DNA of 64,000 nt from Candidatus Enterousia sp. (GTDB taxonomy: Bacteria > Pseudomonadota > Alphaproteobacteria > Rs-D84), in assembly GCA_045646625.1 (NCBI GenBank), contig JAZRLB010000019.1:13396-77395 (forward strand), written 5' to 3'. The notes under the pieces are model-generated. The model had not been told where the DNA came from, ran no database searches, and worked only from the letters and a program-made list of their open reading frames with translations. The position numbers and the translations under genes are program-made. This document shows, in pieces, positions 42,377 through 52,103 of this stretch (position 1 is the stretch's first letter; each line of letters starts with the position of its first letter).

Positions 42377-43585
42377 TTATTTTTTCAAATAACTTGTCGG
42401 ATCATATGCCTTTGTTCCTTTGCGAATTTCAAAGTGCAACTGCGGACTATCCACCTTGCCTGTTTTTCCAACCGTTCCAATTTTTTGACCAACACTAACA
42501 CGCGCACCGCGACGCACAACCATAGAATCCATATGCGCATAAACAGTCATCCACCCACCATCGTGCTGAATAATTATTAAATTCCCCATACCTTTAACTT
42601 CATTACCTGCATATGCAACGACACCATTTTCCGCAGCCTTGACCGTTGCCCCACGATTAGCACCAATATTTATACCATCATTAAACAACCCATTTGATTT
42701 TGCCCCATACCCAGACAACATCTTCCCCCGCACAGGCCACGAAAACTTAGACGAAGAGCGTGCATTTATTTTTGGCAATTTTTTTGTCGGATCAGATGAA
42801 ATCTTTTTTTCAGGCTGTGATGTCACGGTCTTTTTTTCAGGCTGCCCCGCTGCAATCTTTGTCTGCACCTGTGTTTTTTCAGTTTTTGTCTGTACGCTGG
42901 TTTTCTGGGCTTTTTCTGTAATTTTAATTTTTGTTGCATCAACCGTTTCAACCTGCACACGCGCCAGGTTTGGGACACGAATTTTTTGCCCAACCTGCAA
43001 ATTAAATGGCGACGTTAACTTATTCATCACGGCCAAATCATTAACAGGCACCGAATATTTTCGCGACAGTGAATACAACGTATCCCCACGTGCTACAACA
43101 ACATCTGTTAATTCAACTCGGGTTGTTGCAGTTGCCCCAACCTGCGGTCTGTGAATAGTTAACACATCATCGGACTTAACATCCACTCTTTGCACACCTG
43201 TGTCACCATACATTGGCACCAATATATAATCATCAGCACTTGCAACTGTCGTATCTTCTTTATTTTCAGGCTGCACCTCTGCAATTTCGGCCCCCGCATC
43301 TACATCCGTCACCTGGGGTGGAATAATATAGTCATCAACCGATGCATACATCACATAATCATCATTTACATACGCACCATACAGTTCAGGCGATGCATAA
43401 ACACCATAATCGGTTGCCGCAGAATTATAAATTTCTGGAAACTTATCAGGGTCGGCCAACAAAGCAGGATATCGCGCATTAATAAATTCCCCCACCGAAT
43501 CCGGAAAAGACTTTATCTTCGGCTGCAAATCGCACGCAGTTTGTGTAATCAGCACCCCAACAAAAATCAGAAAGATTTTTTTCAT
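42377..43585 (-). CDS. LysM + M23 peptidase-domain protein (NlpD/EnvC-type murein hydrolase or activator)
   Basis: LysM (VVARGDTLYSLSRKYSVPVNDLAVMN). M23 core (GINIGANRGATVKAAENGVV..IIIQHDGGWMTVYAH..PQLHFEIR). Confidence 0.85.
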   Translation of the reverse strand: MKKIFLIFVGVLITQTACDLQPKIKSFPDSVGEFINARYPALLADPDKFPEIYNSAATDYGVYASPELYGAYVNDDYVMYASVDDYIIPPQVTDVDAGAEIAEVQPENKEDTTVASADDYILVPMYGDTGVQRVDVKSDDVLTIHRPQVGATATTRVELTDVVVARGDTLYSLSRKYSVPVNDLAVMNKLTSPFNLQVGQKIRVPNLARVQVETVDATKIKITEKAQKTSVQTKTEKTQVQTKIAAGQPEKKTVTSQPEKKISSDPTKKLPKINARSSSKFSWPVRGKMLSGYGAKSNGLFNDGINIGANRGATVKAAENGVVAYAGNEVKGMGNLIIIQHDGGWMTVYAHMDSMVVRRGARVSVGQKIGTVGKTGKVDSPQLHFEIRKGTKAYDPTSYLKK

Positions 43586-43605
43586 ACACATATTATAGCA
43601 TAAAA

Positions 43606-44313
43606 TTAGTCACGACGCATAAACAAAATACTGATTTCAAACAGCGCCCACATTGGCAACGCCAATAAAACCTGACTTACAACATCAGGCGGCGTCAAAA
43701 CAGCCGCCACTATAACAATTAAAACAATCGCGTATCGACGCATTTTCAACACACGCGCACGCCCCAAAACACCAATTCGATTCAACAGCACCAAAACCAA
43801 AGGCAACTGAAATGCAATTCCAAAAACCTTTAACATTCCGATTGCAAATGACAAATAATCGCGTGCTGCCGGCAGCAATACAGACGGCACAGGCGCCGCC
43901 ATATTTAATTCCACAAAGAATTCGAACACAACAGGAAACAAGAACCAAAATGCAAACGCCGCCCCCATCAAAAACAAAACCGGCGACATAAACAGAACAG
44001 GCAATATAAATCCACGCTCATTCTTCTTCAACCCTGGTGCAACAAAGGCCCACACGTGCCACAACACCACAGGCGCAATCACAACCAATGCAAACAAGGT
44101 TGCCAAAGAAAATTGAATCATCAATCCGTCGGTCAATCCCGTGTAAATTAACGCGCCCTCTCCCCAGACCGACAACAAAGGCGCAGTTAAAAACTCTTGC
44201 AAAGCGGGCGCAACATACCACCCCCCAACAAACGCACACGCAAAAATCAATGCCACCCATAAAATTCGACGACGCAATTCGGAAAAATGCTGCATCATAG
44301 TCATCTGCTTCAT
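43606..44313 (-). CDS. tatC: Twin-arginine translocase subunit TatC
   Basis: HFSELRRRILW N-terminus and six-TM TatC pattern. Confidence 0.9.
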   Translation of the reverse strand: MKQMTMMQHFSELRRRILWVALIFACAFVGGWYVAPALQEFLTAPLLSVWGEGALIYTGLTDGLMIQFSLATLFALVVIAPVVLWHVWAFVAPGLKKNERGFILPVLFMSPVLFLMGAAFAFWFLFPVVFEFFVELNMAAPVPSVLLPAARDYLSFAIGMLKVFGIAFQLPLVLVLLNRIGVLGRARVLKMRRYAIVLIVIVAAVLTPPDVVSQVLLALPMWALFEISILFMRRD

Positions 44314-44318
44314 TTTTT

Positions 44319-44600
44319 CTACCCCTTTTTCCGATTCGTCTTTTTTGGTTTTTTTATTGCCGTCGAAATCGTATCCAGCACATCATTTGTTGTTGTTTGA
44401 ATCAAATCATCTATCGGCTTTTCCAGTTCTATTTGCTGTTTTATATTTTCAGACGCATCTGTAATTTTCCATATAATACCACGCACAAAATTCACCGCCC
44501 GCGCCAAGAAACGTGCCACATCTGGCCACATACGTCCAGGTATCACAACGACACCCACCAGTATAATCAGAAAAAATTCAGCCCAACTGATTCCAAACAT
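44319..44600 (-). CDS. tatB: Twin-arginine translocase TatA/TatB-family protein (TatB-like)
   Basis: MFGISWAEFFLIILVGVVVIPG..: N-terminal TM helix plus an amphipathic helix. Confidence 0.75.
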   Translation of the reverse strand: MFGISWAEFFLIILVGVVVIPGRMWPDVARFLARAVNFVRGIIWKITDASENIKQQIELEKPIDDLIQTTTNDVLDTISTAIKKPKKTNRKKG

Positions 44601-44605
44601 AATTT

Positions 44606-45220
44606 TTAATCATAGTAATCATCACCACCACTGGTGCTGACGGTTTTATGTCTTTGGATTTGAAAATAATTTTTACCAAAATTTGTCTTTTCCTTCAACC
44701 CACTAAATGCAACTTCTGTTTTTGCACCTGTTGCATCAATCACCGTCCACGAACTAAGTTTCACAGGCGACTTATCAAATACGACTGTCATATTTCCTAA
44801 ACCTTCTTGCCCCCTAAGGTTCATTTTCAACGCAAAAGAATTTTTCCAGTCCAACGTTTCCACGACATTAATATCCGCATTTTCTAAATCTATATTTTTT
44901 CGAACCAAAATCCCCGCAGGCGTACTGGTAATTGGCACTGTTGTAATTTGATCTAATGATTTATCAAAGAAATACAAATCACTACCATCTGCAATTAACT
45001 GCACCGGCATATCATCATAATCCAATCGCACACGTCCCGGTCGCGACATAGAAAAATCACCATTTTGCTGTTTACCATTTGCGGTCTGAACAAATTTACC
45101 GGTCAGCCCAGTTATTGAATTCAAATATTTCTCTGCCTTTTGAACCAGCGCCGAATCCACCGCTGCATTTGATGCAACTGAATACAATGCAACAATCATC
45201 GTAAACAAAAACTTTTTCAT
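44606..45220 (-). CDS. lolA: Outer-membrane lipoprotein carrier protein LolA
   Basis: Signal peptide MKKFLFTMIVALYSVASNA. LTGKFVQ..FSMSRPGRVRLDY LolA pattern. Start at 45220 avoids overlap with nrnA. Confidence 0.8.
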   Translation of the reverse strand: MKKFLFTMIVALYSVASNAAVDSALVQKAEKYLNSITGLTGKFVQTANGKQQNGDFSMSRPGRVRLDYDDMPVQLIADGSDLYFFDKSLDQITTVPITSTPAGILVRKNIDLENADINVVETLDWKNSFALKMNLRGQEGLGNMTVVFDKSPVKLSSWTVIDATGAKTEVAFSGLKEKTNFGKNYFQIQRHKTVSTSGGDDYYD

Positions 45221-45224
45221 TTTC

Positions 45225-46175
45225 TTATTCTCCCTTGAACAATTCCAACACGCGCGCCCGTACATTTTCCATACTGTCACGCACAATTGCACCGGCCGCC
45301 CTTTCGTGACCACCGCCCCCCAAAGCCACTGCAATCTTATCAATCGGCTTTTTTCGACTACGAATCGAAATTCCAATCTGTTCAGGCTTTTGCTCCTTTA
45401 ACAAGACAATATATTCAACCCCTTGGATCTGTCCCAGCAAACTTAACGCCATTTCGCCCCGCCCGTCCAGATACTTATAATCCTTTTTGACGACTGTCGC
45501 CAACGCCAACCGACCGTGATAGAAAAATTCTGCATTGGCTGCCGTACGCGCTTCTAATTGCACAGTCTTGCGCGGTTTATTATTCATCAGTTCAATCAAA
45601 TTACGAATATTTACACCACCATCGACCAAATCCGCCATAATACGCAAAGAATCACCATTACGCGCGAACTTAAAGTTCCCAGTATCCGTCAATATCGCCA
45701 ACGCCAACAAATCTGCCGTACGCGCCCCCATTGTCAAACCACCTGCCCGCATAATCCGATATACAATAACCGCAGTTGCAGCCGCATCTTCATCGTCCAG
45801 ACACAGATTCCCAATTTTTTCTTCATTTCTGTGATGATCAATTTCAACAACAAATTTTGCATTATCAACAAGCGTTCTTGGTCCACCGATATGCACAGGA
45901 TTTCCATAATCCATAACAATCGCTAAATCAAACACCTGGGTTAAATCAACACGTTCAAAATATTTAATACGCGGTCGCAAAGGAACATCAGACAAGTTTT
46001 CTGGAATATTTCCATCATACACACAAACAGGACTAATCCCAAAATTTTCTTCGATTAAGTTCGCCAGCGCCAATACACTGCATAACGAATCGCCATCTGG
46101 ATTTTTATGCCCCATAATCGCAACAGACTTCGCATTACGCACACACTCCAAAAAATCTTGTATATTTTGTTCCAT
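45225..46175 (-). CDS. nrnA: DHH/DHHA1 phosphoesterase NrnA-like (nanoRNase / pAp phosphatase)
   Basis: HKNPDGDSLCS, EIDHHRN, and GGGHERAAG motifs. 316 aa. Confidence 0.8.
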   Translation of the reverse strand: MEQNIQDFLECVRNAKSVAIMGHKNPDGDSLCSVLALANLIEENFGISPVCVYDGNIPENLSDVPLRPRIKYFERVDLTQVFDLAIVMDYGNPVHIGGPRTLVDNAKFVVEIDHHRNEEKIGNLCLDDEDAAATAVIVYRIMRAGGLTMGARTADLLALAILTDTGNFKFARNGDSLRIMADLVDGGVNIRNLIELMNNKPRKTVQLEARTAANAEFFYHGRLALATVVKKDYKYLDGRGEMALSLLGQIQGVEYIVLLKEQKPEQIGISIRSRKKPIDKIAVALGGGGHERAAGAIVRDSMENVRARVLELFKGE

Positions 46176-46187
46176 ATTAACCTGTCT

Positions 46188-47927
46188 TTATATCGCCATA
46201 TCTTCTAAAAAGAACTGGGCACTAACACGACCATTATATTCATTTTCTTTCAACTTACCCAGCAACTTTATTTTAGTATTTACATTTGCATCGTCCAGCA
46301 AAAAATCACCAACTGGTGTTCCAACCAAATTAAAACCAACGAACGCCAACTGTGTCCCCGTACTGGTTGTAATACTGCCGCGCAAATGTGCCCCGCCCCC
46401 CATAACGGACGCATACCGCAAAACACCACCGTGCAACACCAATGTCGGTTCTGGATTTCCCTGGCCAAATGGTGCCAGTCCTGCCATTTTCTTAACCAAA
46501 CGCATATTTGCCCCACCCGCATCAATTTCTGCATCTACAACCAATTCTGGGGCCGGCATTTCACCGTTTAATTGTTCTTTTACCGCCTTTTCCAGGAACT
46601 CACAAAACGCGCTTTCGTTTTCAGCCGACAGTGAAAATCCCGCCGCCGCCGCGTGTCCGCCACCCTCACTAACAATTCCCAACGCCAATGCGTCATGAAT
46701 AATCTTTCCCAGATCAACCCCTGCAATCGAACGTCCAGAACCATTTATCACACCATCTGCCCTGGTGGCAACACAGGACGGCAAATTATACTTATCCTTT
46801 AATCGCCCAGCGATAATCCCCATCACACCACCATGCCAATTATCACCACAAACGAACAAACTGCACTGCCCTGCGGCACAACAATTTTCAGCCATTTCGC
46901 ACGCACGCAACATAATCGCATTTTGAATATCAATACGTTCCTGATTCATTGCGTGCAATTTATTTGCCAAATCATTCGCAATCAGCGGATTGTCAGTCAA
47001 TAACAATTCCAGCGCAGGCGCTGCAGAATCCAAACGCCCTGCTGCATTTAAACGTGGTCCAATTGCAAAACCAGCCGCATAGACCGACGGCTGCTTTATA
47101 CCCGCGATATCCATTAACACACGCAGCCCCATATTCTGACGCAACCCCAGAACTTTCAGGCCCGTCGCCACAAACGCACGATTTAACCCAACCAGCGGCA
47201 TCGTATCACAAATTGTCCCCAACGACACCAAATCCATAAAATTCATCAGTTCAGAATTATCCAATCCAAAACCACGTTTTTTCAATTCCCGATTTACCGC
47301 AACCAGCGTCAGAAACGCAACACCAACCCCTGCCAAATATGTCAATCCCGACATATCATCCACGCGCTTTGGGTTCACAACTGCATCTGCGATTGGCAAT
47401 ACATTGTCTGGCGAATGATGATCCGTCACAACCACACGCATACCACACGAACGTGCGTGCGCAACCTCACCCACACCACTAATCCCACAGTCAACAGTGA
47501 TTAATAATTTTGCGCCCATATCTACAAGTACATCAATCGCATCATTATTCAGGCCATACCCTTCACCTTCACGTGTTGGCAAATGCCAAATGACATCCGC
47601 ACCAATTGCGCGCAAATATTTAACAAAAATCGCAGTTGATGTAATTCCATCAACATCATAGTCACCATAAATGGCAATTTTTTCGCGTGTTTGCACAGCA
47701 TCTGCGATTACACATGCTGCGACATCCATATCTGTCAAAACAGATGGATTCGGCATATATTCTTTGATTGATGGGTTCAGGAATTTTTTTACATCTTCGT
47801 CTGCAACGACACCCCGGCCTGCTAAAATCTTTTTAACCAGGTCGTCTGAATTCACATTATCTATACCATCTGCCAACACCCATGCTTTACCCAGCATGGA
47901 TTTCTCTACAATTCTGCTACTCAACAC
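46188..47927 (-). CDS. recJ: Single-stranded-DNA-specific exonuclease RecJ
   Basis: DYDVDGITS, VTDHH, and GGGHAAAAG motifs. 579 aa. Confidence 0.92.
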   Translation of the reverse strand: MLSSRIVEKSMLGKAWVLADGIDNVNSDDLVKKILAGRGVVADEDVKKFLNPSIKEYMPNPSVLTDMDVAACVIADAVQTREKIAIYGDYDVDGITSTAIFVKYLRAIGADVIWHLPTREGEGYGLNNDAIDVLVDMGAKLLITVDCGISGVGEVAHARSCGMRVVVTDHHSPDNVLPIADAVVNPKRVDDMSGLTYLAGVGVAFLTLVAVNRELKKRGFGLDNSELMNFMDLVSLGTICDTMPLVGLNRAFVATGLKVLGLRQNMGLRVLMDIAGIKQPSVYAAGFAIGPRLNAAGRLDSAAPALELLLTDNPLIANDLANKLHAMNQERIDIQNAIMLRACEMAENCCAAGQCSLFVCGDNWHGGVMGIIAGRLKDKYNLPSCVATRADGVINGSGRSIAGVDLGKIIHDALALGIVSEGGGHAAAAGFSLSAENESAFCEFLEKAVKEQLNGEMPAPELVVDAEIDAGGANMRLVKKMAGLAPFGQGNPEPTLVLHGGVLRYASVMGGGAHLRGSITTSTGTQLAFVGFNLVGTPVGDFLLDDANVNTKIKLLGKLKENEYNGRVSAQFFLEDMAI

Positions 47928-47967
47928 ACTTCTCTTTTTTTATTATCAAGTGCATTATAATTCAAAA

Positions 47968-49599
47968 TTATTCAAATAGCAATGGCAGTATGCTGTCCAA
48001 AATTTTTCCTGTTGTTGGCACCGCGTTCCAGGCTGCCGTACGCCATCCCCACGACTCTTTAGTTGCCTGCGGTTCATCCAGCACTACCAATATTGTATAC
48101 TGTGGCGCATTAATCGGAAACACACCAACAAAGGCCGTCACATTACGTTTATGATCAACTTTTCCATTAGTGTATTTAACCGCAGTTGCAGTTTTACCAC
48201 CAATTTGAATCCCCGCAACACGTGCCTGTCTACCACTGGTTTCTTCTGCAACGCGCAGCATAATTGGACGTAACTTAGCCGAAATTTCATCCGCCAAAAC
48301 ACGTTCGCCCTTTACAACCCCAACGTTTCTTTTCTGCAACGTAGGATAAATATAAATTCCCCCATTCGTCACCGCATTCACTGCCAACATCAAGTGCATC
48401 GGCGTCACAGAAATACCGTGCCCATACGAGCGCGTTGCACGTTCCACCGGCCCCCACTTATTCGGAAGCAATGGTTTTTCAGTACGTCCAAATTCCAATT
48501 GCAATGGCTCATCGAAATGCAGGCGCTCAAAAAATTCTTTCTGTGCCCCATCCGGCAAATCCAACGCAATCTGGGCACTGCCCACATTACAAGAATGCAC
48601 CATAATTTCTTCTATCGTCAAATGCGGACGCGGCGGCTTAAAACTGCGCACATCGGTAATTTTTGCAGCTGAACGTCCAAACTTATCCTGGATAATAAAA
48701 GGCTCTTTAACATAATATTCTTTATTTATACCGTTTTCCAGCGCCAACGCCGTATTAAACACCTTGAATATAGACCCCAATTCGAACACACTGCGCATAG
48801 GCTTAAACAAGCGATTCGCAACAGGATCCGCCCCCAGATTTTCTGGGTCATAATCTGGCAAAGATACCATCGCAATAATCTCACCCGTACGCGAATTCAT
48901 CAACATTCCCATCGCCGCCTTGGTGCCATACTTTTGCATTGCGAATGACAATTGGTCATAAAACACCGCCTGAACACGCGAATCGACAGACAACCGCAAA
49001 GGATCTTTGTTTTCCGTTAGATAATCTTCATAAATACGTTCAGCCCCTTCTAATCCACGCCCCTCGGCACCGACAAAGCCAACAACATGCGAAAACAATC
49101 TGCGTTTTGGATACTTACGTGTTTGTATTTTTTCAACCTCTAAACCTTCCAGACGTGCCTTTTGAACAATTTCACGTTGAGCATCACTGGCATATTTTTT
49201 TAACCTGACAAAACGTCTGTCAGAATTCACCAGTGCAATCGCCTCGGCCAACGAATACTCATATGGCAGCGCCTCGTGAATAGTACGTGCAACCGCCTCT
49301 CTATCCTGTTCACGCACTGCACGATTTCGCAAAATAATATGCCCAGACGCAACATTCTTTGCCAGAATATCCCCATTCCTGTCCACAATATCGGCACGTT
49401 GCACATTCCATTCACCATCTGCCCCCGCCAGACGCGCACGATCAGTCCCTTGAATTCCCAACTGCAATGTTCGACCTATAAATATTGCAAAGGCAATCAT
49501 AAACACCACGTGCATTGCCCGCAAACGTTTGCGCCCAATTACATCACCGCGCACACCCGTAAAACCATATTTAAAAATATCTTTACCTATTTCGAACAT
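47968..49599 (-). CDS. ftsI: Peptidoglycan D,D-transpeptidase FtsI (PBP3-type class B PBP)
   Basis: N-terminal TM. SxxK (GSIFKV), SxN (HSCNVG), KTG-like (GGKTATA). Immediately downstream of ftsL. Confidence 0.85.
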   Translation of the reverse strand: MFEIGKDIFKYGFTGVRGDVIGRKRLRAMHVVFMIAFAIFIGRTLQLGIQGTDRARLAGADGEWNVQRADIVDRNGDILAKNVASGHIILRNRAVREQDREAVARTIHEALPYEYSLAEAIALVNSDRRFVRLKKYASDAQREIVQKARLEGLEVEKIQTRKYPKRRLFSHVVGFVGAEGRGLEGAERIYEDYLTENKDPLRLSVDSRVQAVFYDQLSFAMQKYGTKAAMGMLMNSRTGEIIAMVSLPDYDPENLGADPVANRLFKPMRSVFELGSIFKVFNTALALENGINKEYYVKEPFIIQDKFGRSAAKITDVRSFKPPRPHLTIEEIMVHSCNVGSAQIALDLPDGAQKEFFERLHFDEPLQLEFGRTEKPLLPNKWGPVERATRSYGHGISVTPMHLMLAVNAVTNGGIYIYPTLQKRNVGVVKGERVLADEISAKLRPIMLRVAEETSGRQARVAGIQIGGKTATAVKYTNGKVDHKRNVTAFVGVFPINAPQYTILVVLDEPQATKESWGWRTAAWNAVPTTGKILDSILPLLFE

Positions 49600-49601
49600 T
49601 T

Positions 49602-49895
49602 TTATAATTCTTGTTTAAAGCCCAATTCATTAACTGCAACTGCCTTGTTAAAACTAACCGCCTCGGATTTAGGTGCAATACTTACCACTAAATTACGCAA
49701 GATTTCAGGCCGCACATATGCTGCAAAATTTGCTTCGGCCACTGCAATTTGTTGCTGTGTTTCAACAATATCACGCCTGACCCGATTCAGCTGACGATTT
49801 TGCGTACGAAACGCCACCTGCAGGATTACACTTATCATCAACACAATCCCAACAGACCACGCACCAATTTGAAACATTTTCTCATCGTCCTGCAT
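49602..49895 (-). CDS. ftsL: Cell division protein FtsL-like
   Basis: Single TM (AWSVGIVLMISVILQVAF) plus a coiled-coil (NRQLNRVRRDIVETQQQIAVAEANFA). Position upstream of ftsI. Start taken at ATG 49895. Confidence 0.7.
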   Translation of the reverse strand: MQDDEKMFQIGAWSVGIVLMISVILQVAFRTQNRQLNRVRRDIVETQQQIAVAEANFAAYVRPEILRNLVVSIAPKSEAVSFNKAVAVNELGFKQEL

Positions 49896-49939
49896 ACATC
49901 CCCCCCCCATTAATCAAACACGACCTTAACGGCATTTTA

Positions 49940-50320
49940 TCACAAATTCTTGAAAAAACGAATCATAGAATTTACACCATTTAATCGCCCCGCCCCCAGA
50001 TTCAATCCCAGTGACGCAAATTCACCTGCCAAATCCATTTCTTTAATTTGCGCAACACTTTTTCCTTCAACCATTGCCAAGATTACAAAAATAATTCCAC
50101 GCACCAACACAGAATCAGCAACACCATAAAATCGGCCATTTTTATTACAAATCTGAACAAAAGACATACAACCAAAAATCTCGAAACAATCTGCATCAAC
50201 TGGTGGCGCCTGCAACTGCTTACCAAAATCCATCAGCATTTCCAAACGAATGGCTGGCTCATCCACTATCGTCAACATATTTTTTATTTCCTGATACGTC
50301 ATATTCTTACCATCCTTCAT
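49940..50320 (-). CDS. sufE: SufE-like sulfur acceptor protein
   Basis: ..IFGCMSFVQI.. (SufE Cys motif) and size of about 126 aa. An alternative start at 50302 is possible. Confidence 0.75.
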   Translation of the reverse strand: MKDGKNMTYQEIKNMLTIVDEPAIRLEMLMDFGKQLQAPPVDADCFEIFGCMSFVQICNKNGRFYGVADSVLVRGIIFVILAMVEGKSVAQIKEMDLAGEFASLGLNLGAGRLNGVNSMIRFFKNL

Positions 50321-50621
50321 TTGTCAGATCCAATTCTAAACGTGCCGCATCTGACATTCGCGACAAATCCCAAGGCGGATCCCACACCAAATCAACCCGC
50401 ACAGGCACATCCCCTGTGACCGCCTGAACACCATCTCTGACCTGGGCCATCAATTCTTCCATCATCGGACAGGTCGGACTGGTAAAAGTCATCTTCACAC
50501 TGACCAATTCTGGCTTAATATCAATATCATAAATCAACCCCATATCCCAAATATTAACTGGAATTTCTGGGTCATAGATTTTTTTCAGCGCATCAATAAT
50601 ATTGTCTTTTGTAAATGTCAT
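50307..50621 (-). CDS. sufT: DUF59/SufT-like Fe-S assembly protein
   Basis: IYDPEIPVNIWDMGLIY..TFTSPTCPM motif. Confidence 0.85.
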   Translation of the reverse strand: MTFTKDNIIDALKKIYDPEIPVNIWDMGLIYDIDIKPELVSVKMTFTSPTCPMMEELMAQVRDGVQAVTGDVPVRVDLVWDPPWDLSRMSDAARLELDLTNEGW

Positions 50622-51706
50622 TTTATTGCATCTTTTATTATTTGAATGGCCTGTCGTGCATCATCCAAAGTATTATACGCACCAACAGATAAACGAATTG
50701 ACCCCTGCACCCCTAATGCACGATGAACCCAAGTTGCACACATATTCCCCACACGCAAACACAGTCCACGCGCACCAACAATTGCGCCAAAATCCAACAC
50801 GTGCATATCATCTACTACAAAAGTCAAAACAGACGCATCACGCGATGTCAGAATTTTAATACCCGCAACATCATACAGCTCATCATACATATACTTAATT
50901 AAATTCAAATCTGGACGGTTGTTTTCCAATTCTTCTATTGCCAACACCAGTCCAGAAATTTGCGTCAAAGGCAAAGTCCCTGCCTCAAACTTTTCTGGTC
51001 CATCCATTAAAAGCAAATCATCGCCTATGATTCTGTTAACCATTCCGCCGCCAAAATTAACCGGCTTAAATTTTTCCAGACTTTTAATATACATCACCCC
51101 AACACCGGTATCCGCACCAATCTTGTGTCCTGACCACGCAACAAAGTCCGCATCCCAATCCGCCACATTAATCTTATTGTGCACGACATATTGTGCTGCA
51201 TCAACCACCACAATTACATTTGGATTTTTAACACGAGCTATACGCACTATTTCCGGGATTTTTTGACCAACACCCAAAACATTAGACATTGCCGTTATCA
51301 CCATAACATCTGCATACGGAATATGATTTATATCAATATTAAAATCCGAATCCAACGGCATGACAACTGTTTGCGCCAAACCCGCTTCAAACGGCAAGCG
51401 CGCACTATGATGATCCAAATCAGACACCGCAACAATTCTATCTGCTTTCAAATCTAACATACGCGCAACCATATTAATTGCCCCGGTCGTTCCCGACGTG
51501 AACACAATCTGATTTTCAGACGCCCCCATAAACTTAGCCACACGTTTTCGCGCACGTAAAACCATATCATCAACATACATTGACCGCGCACAAATTCCAC
51601 GACCAGAATTGGCATAATGATTCTTTAAAAAATCAACCTGCGCACCTATCACAGCGGGCGACTTTTGGTATGTCGCAGCAGCATCTAAGTATATGATTTT
51701 ATTCAT
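50618..51706 (-). CDS. sufS: Class V aminotransferase / cysteine desulfurase (SufS/NifS-like, short 362-aa form)
   Basis: YLDAAATYQKSP.., PLP-lysine context WSGHKIGADTGVGVMY. 4-nt overlap with sufT. Confidence 0.82.
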   Translation of the reverse strand: MNKIIYLDAAATYQKSPAVIGAQVDFLKNHYANSGRGICARSMYVDDMVLRARKRVAKFMGASENQIVFTSGTTGAINMVARMLDLKADRIVAVSDLDHHSARLPFEAGLAQTVVMPLDSDFNIDINHIPYADVMVITAMSNVLGVGQKIPEIVRIARVKNPNVIVVVDAAQYVVHNKINVADWDADFVAWSGHKIGADTGVGVMYIKSLEKFKPVNFGGGMVNRIIGDDLLLMDGPEKFEAGTLPLTQISGLVLAIEELENNRPDLNLIKYMYDELYDVAGIKILTSRDASVLTFVVDDMHVLDFGAIVGARGLCLRVGNMCATWVHRALGVQGSIRLSVGAYNTLDDARQAIQIIKDAIK

Positions 51707-51781
51707 TTATGATTTCTCTTGCATTTTGGTTGGATTATAATACACTTCTGCCGAATATCAACAACAGAAAGGAGAAAAAAC

Positions 51782-52099
51782 ATGGCAATCACACATGCGA
51801 ACGATGCAACAATCGAATCATTAATTGGTGACGGTATTACACTAGTTGATTTCTGGGCATCTTGGTGCGGTCCATGCCGTATGTTTGGCCCAATTTTTGA
51901 ATCTGCATCCGAAAAAACACCTGATGCAAAATTTGTAAAATTTGAAATCGACGAAGCAAATCGACGTACCCCTGCCAAGTATGGCATTCGCAGCATTCCA
52001 TCCATTTTGGCGTTCAAGAACGGCGAACTGGTCGAAGCACGCACCGGCCTGATGGACGAAGAAACTGTACTTTCGTGGATACAAGAATTAAAGGGATGA
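51782..52099 (+). CDS. trxA: Thioredoxin
   Basis: WASWCGPCR active site. ATG at 51782 with AAAGGAGAA upstream. Confidence 0.93.
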   Translation: MAITHANDATIESLIGDGITLVDFWASWCGPCRMFGPIFESASEKTPDAKFVKFEIDEANRRTPAKYGIRSIPSILAFKNGELVEARTGLMDEETVLSWIQELKG

Positions 52100-52103
52100 T
52101 ACC

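Noticed and set aside
45221-45376. 52-aa N-terminal extension of the LolA ORF overlapping nrnA
   Set aside because: The internal ATG at 45220 yields a canonical signal peptide (MKKFLFTMIVALYSVASNA) and removes a 150-nt overlap with the nrnA 3' end.
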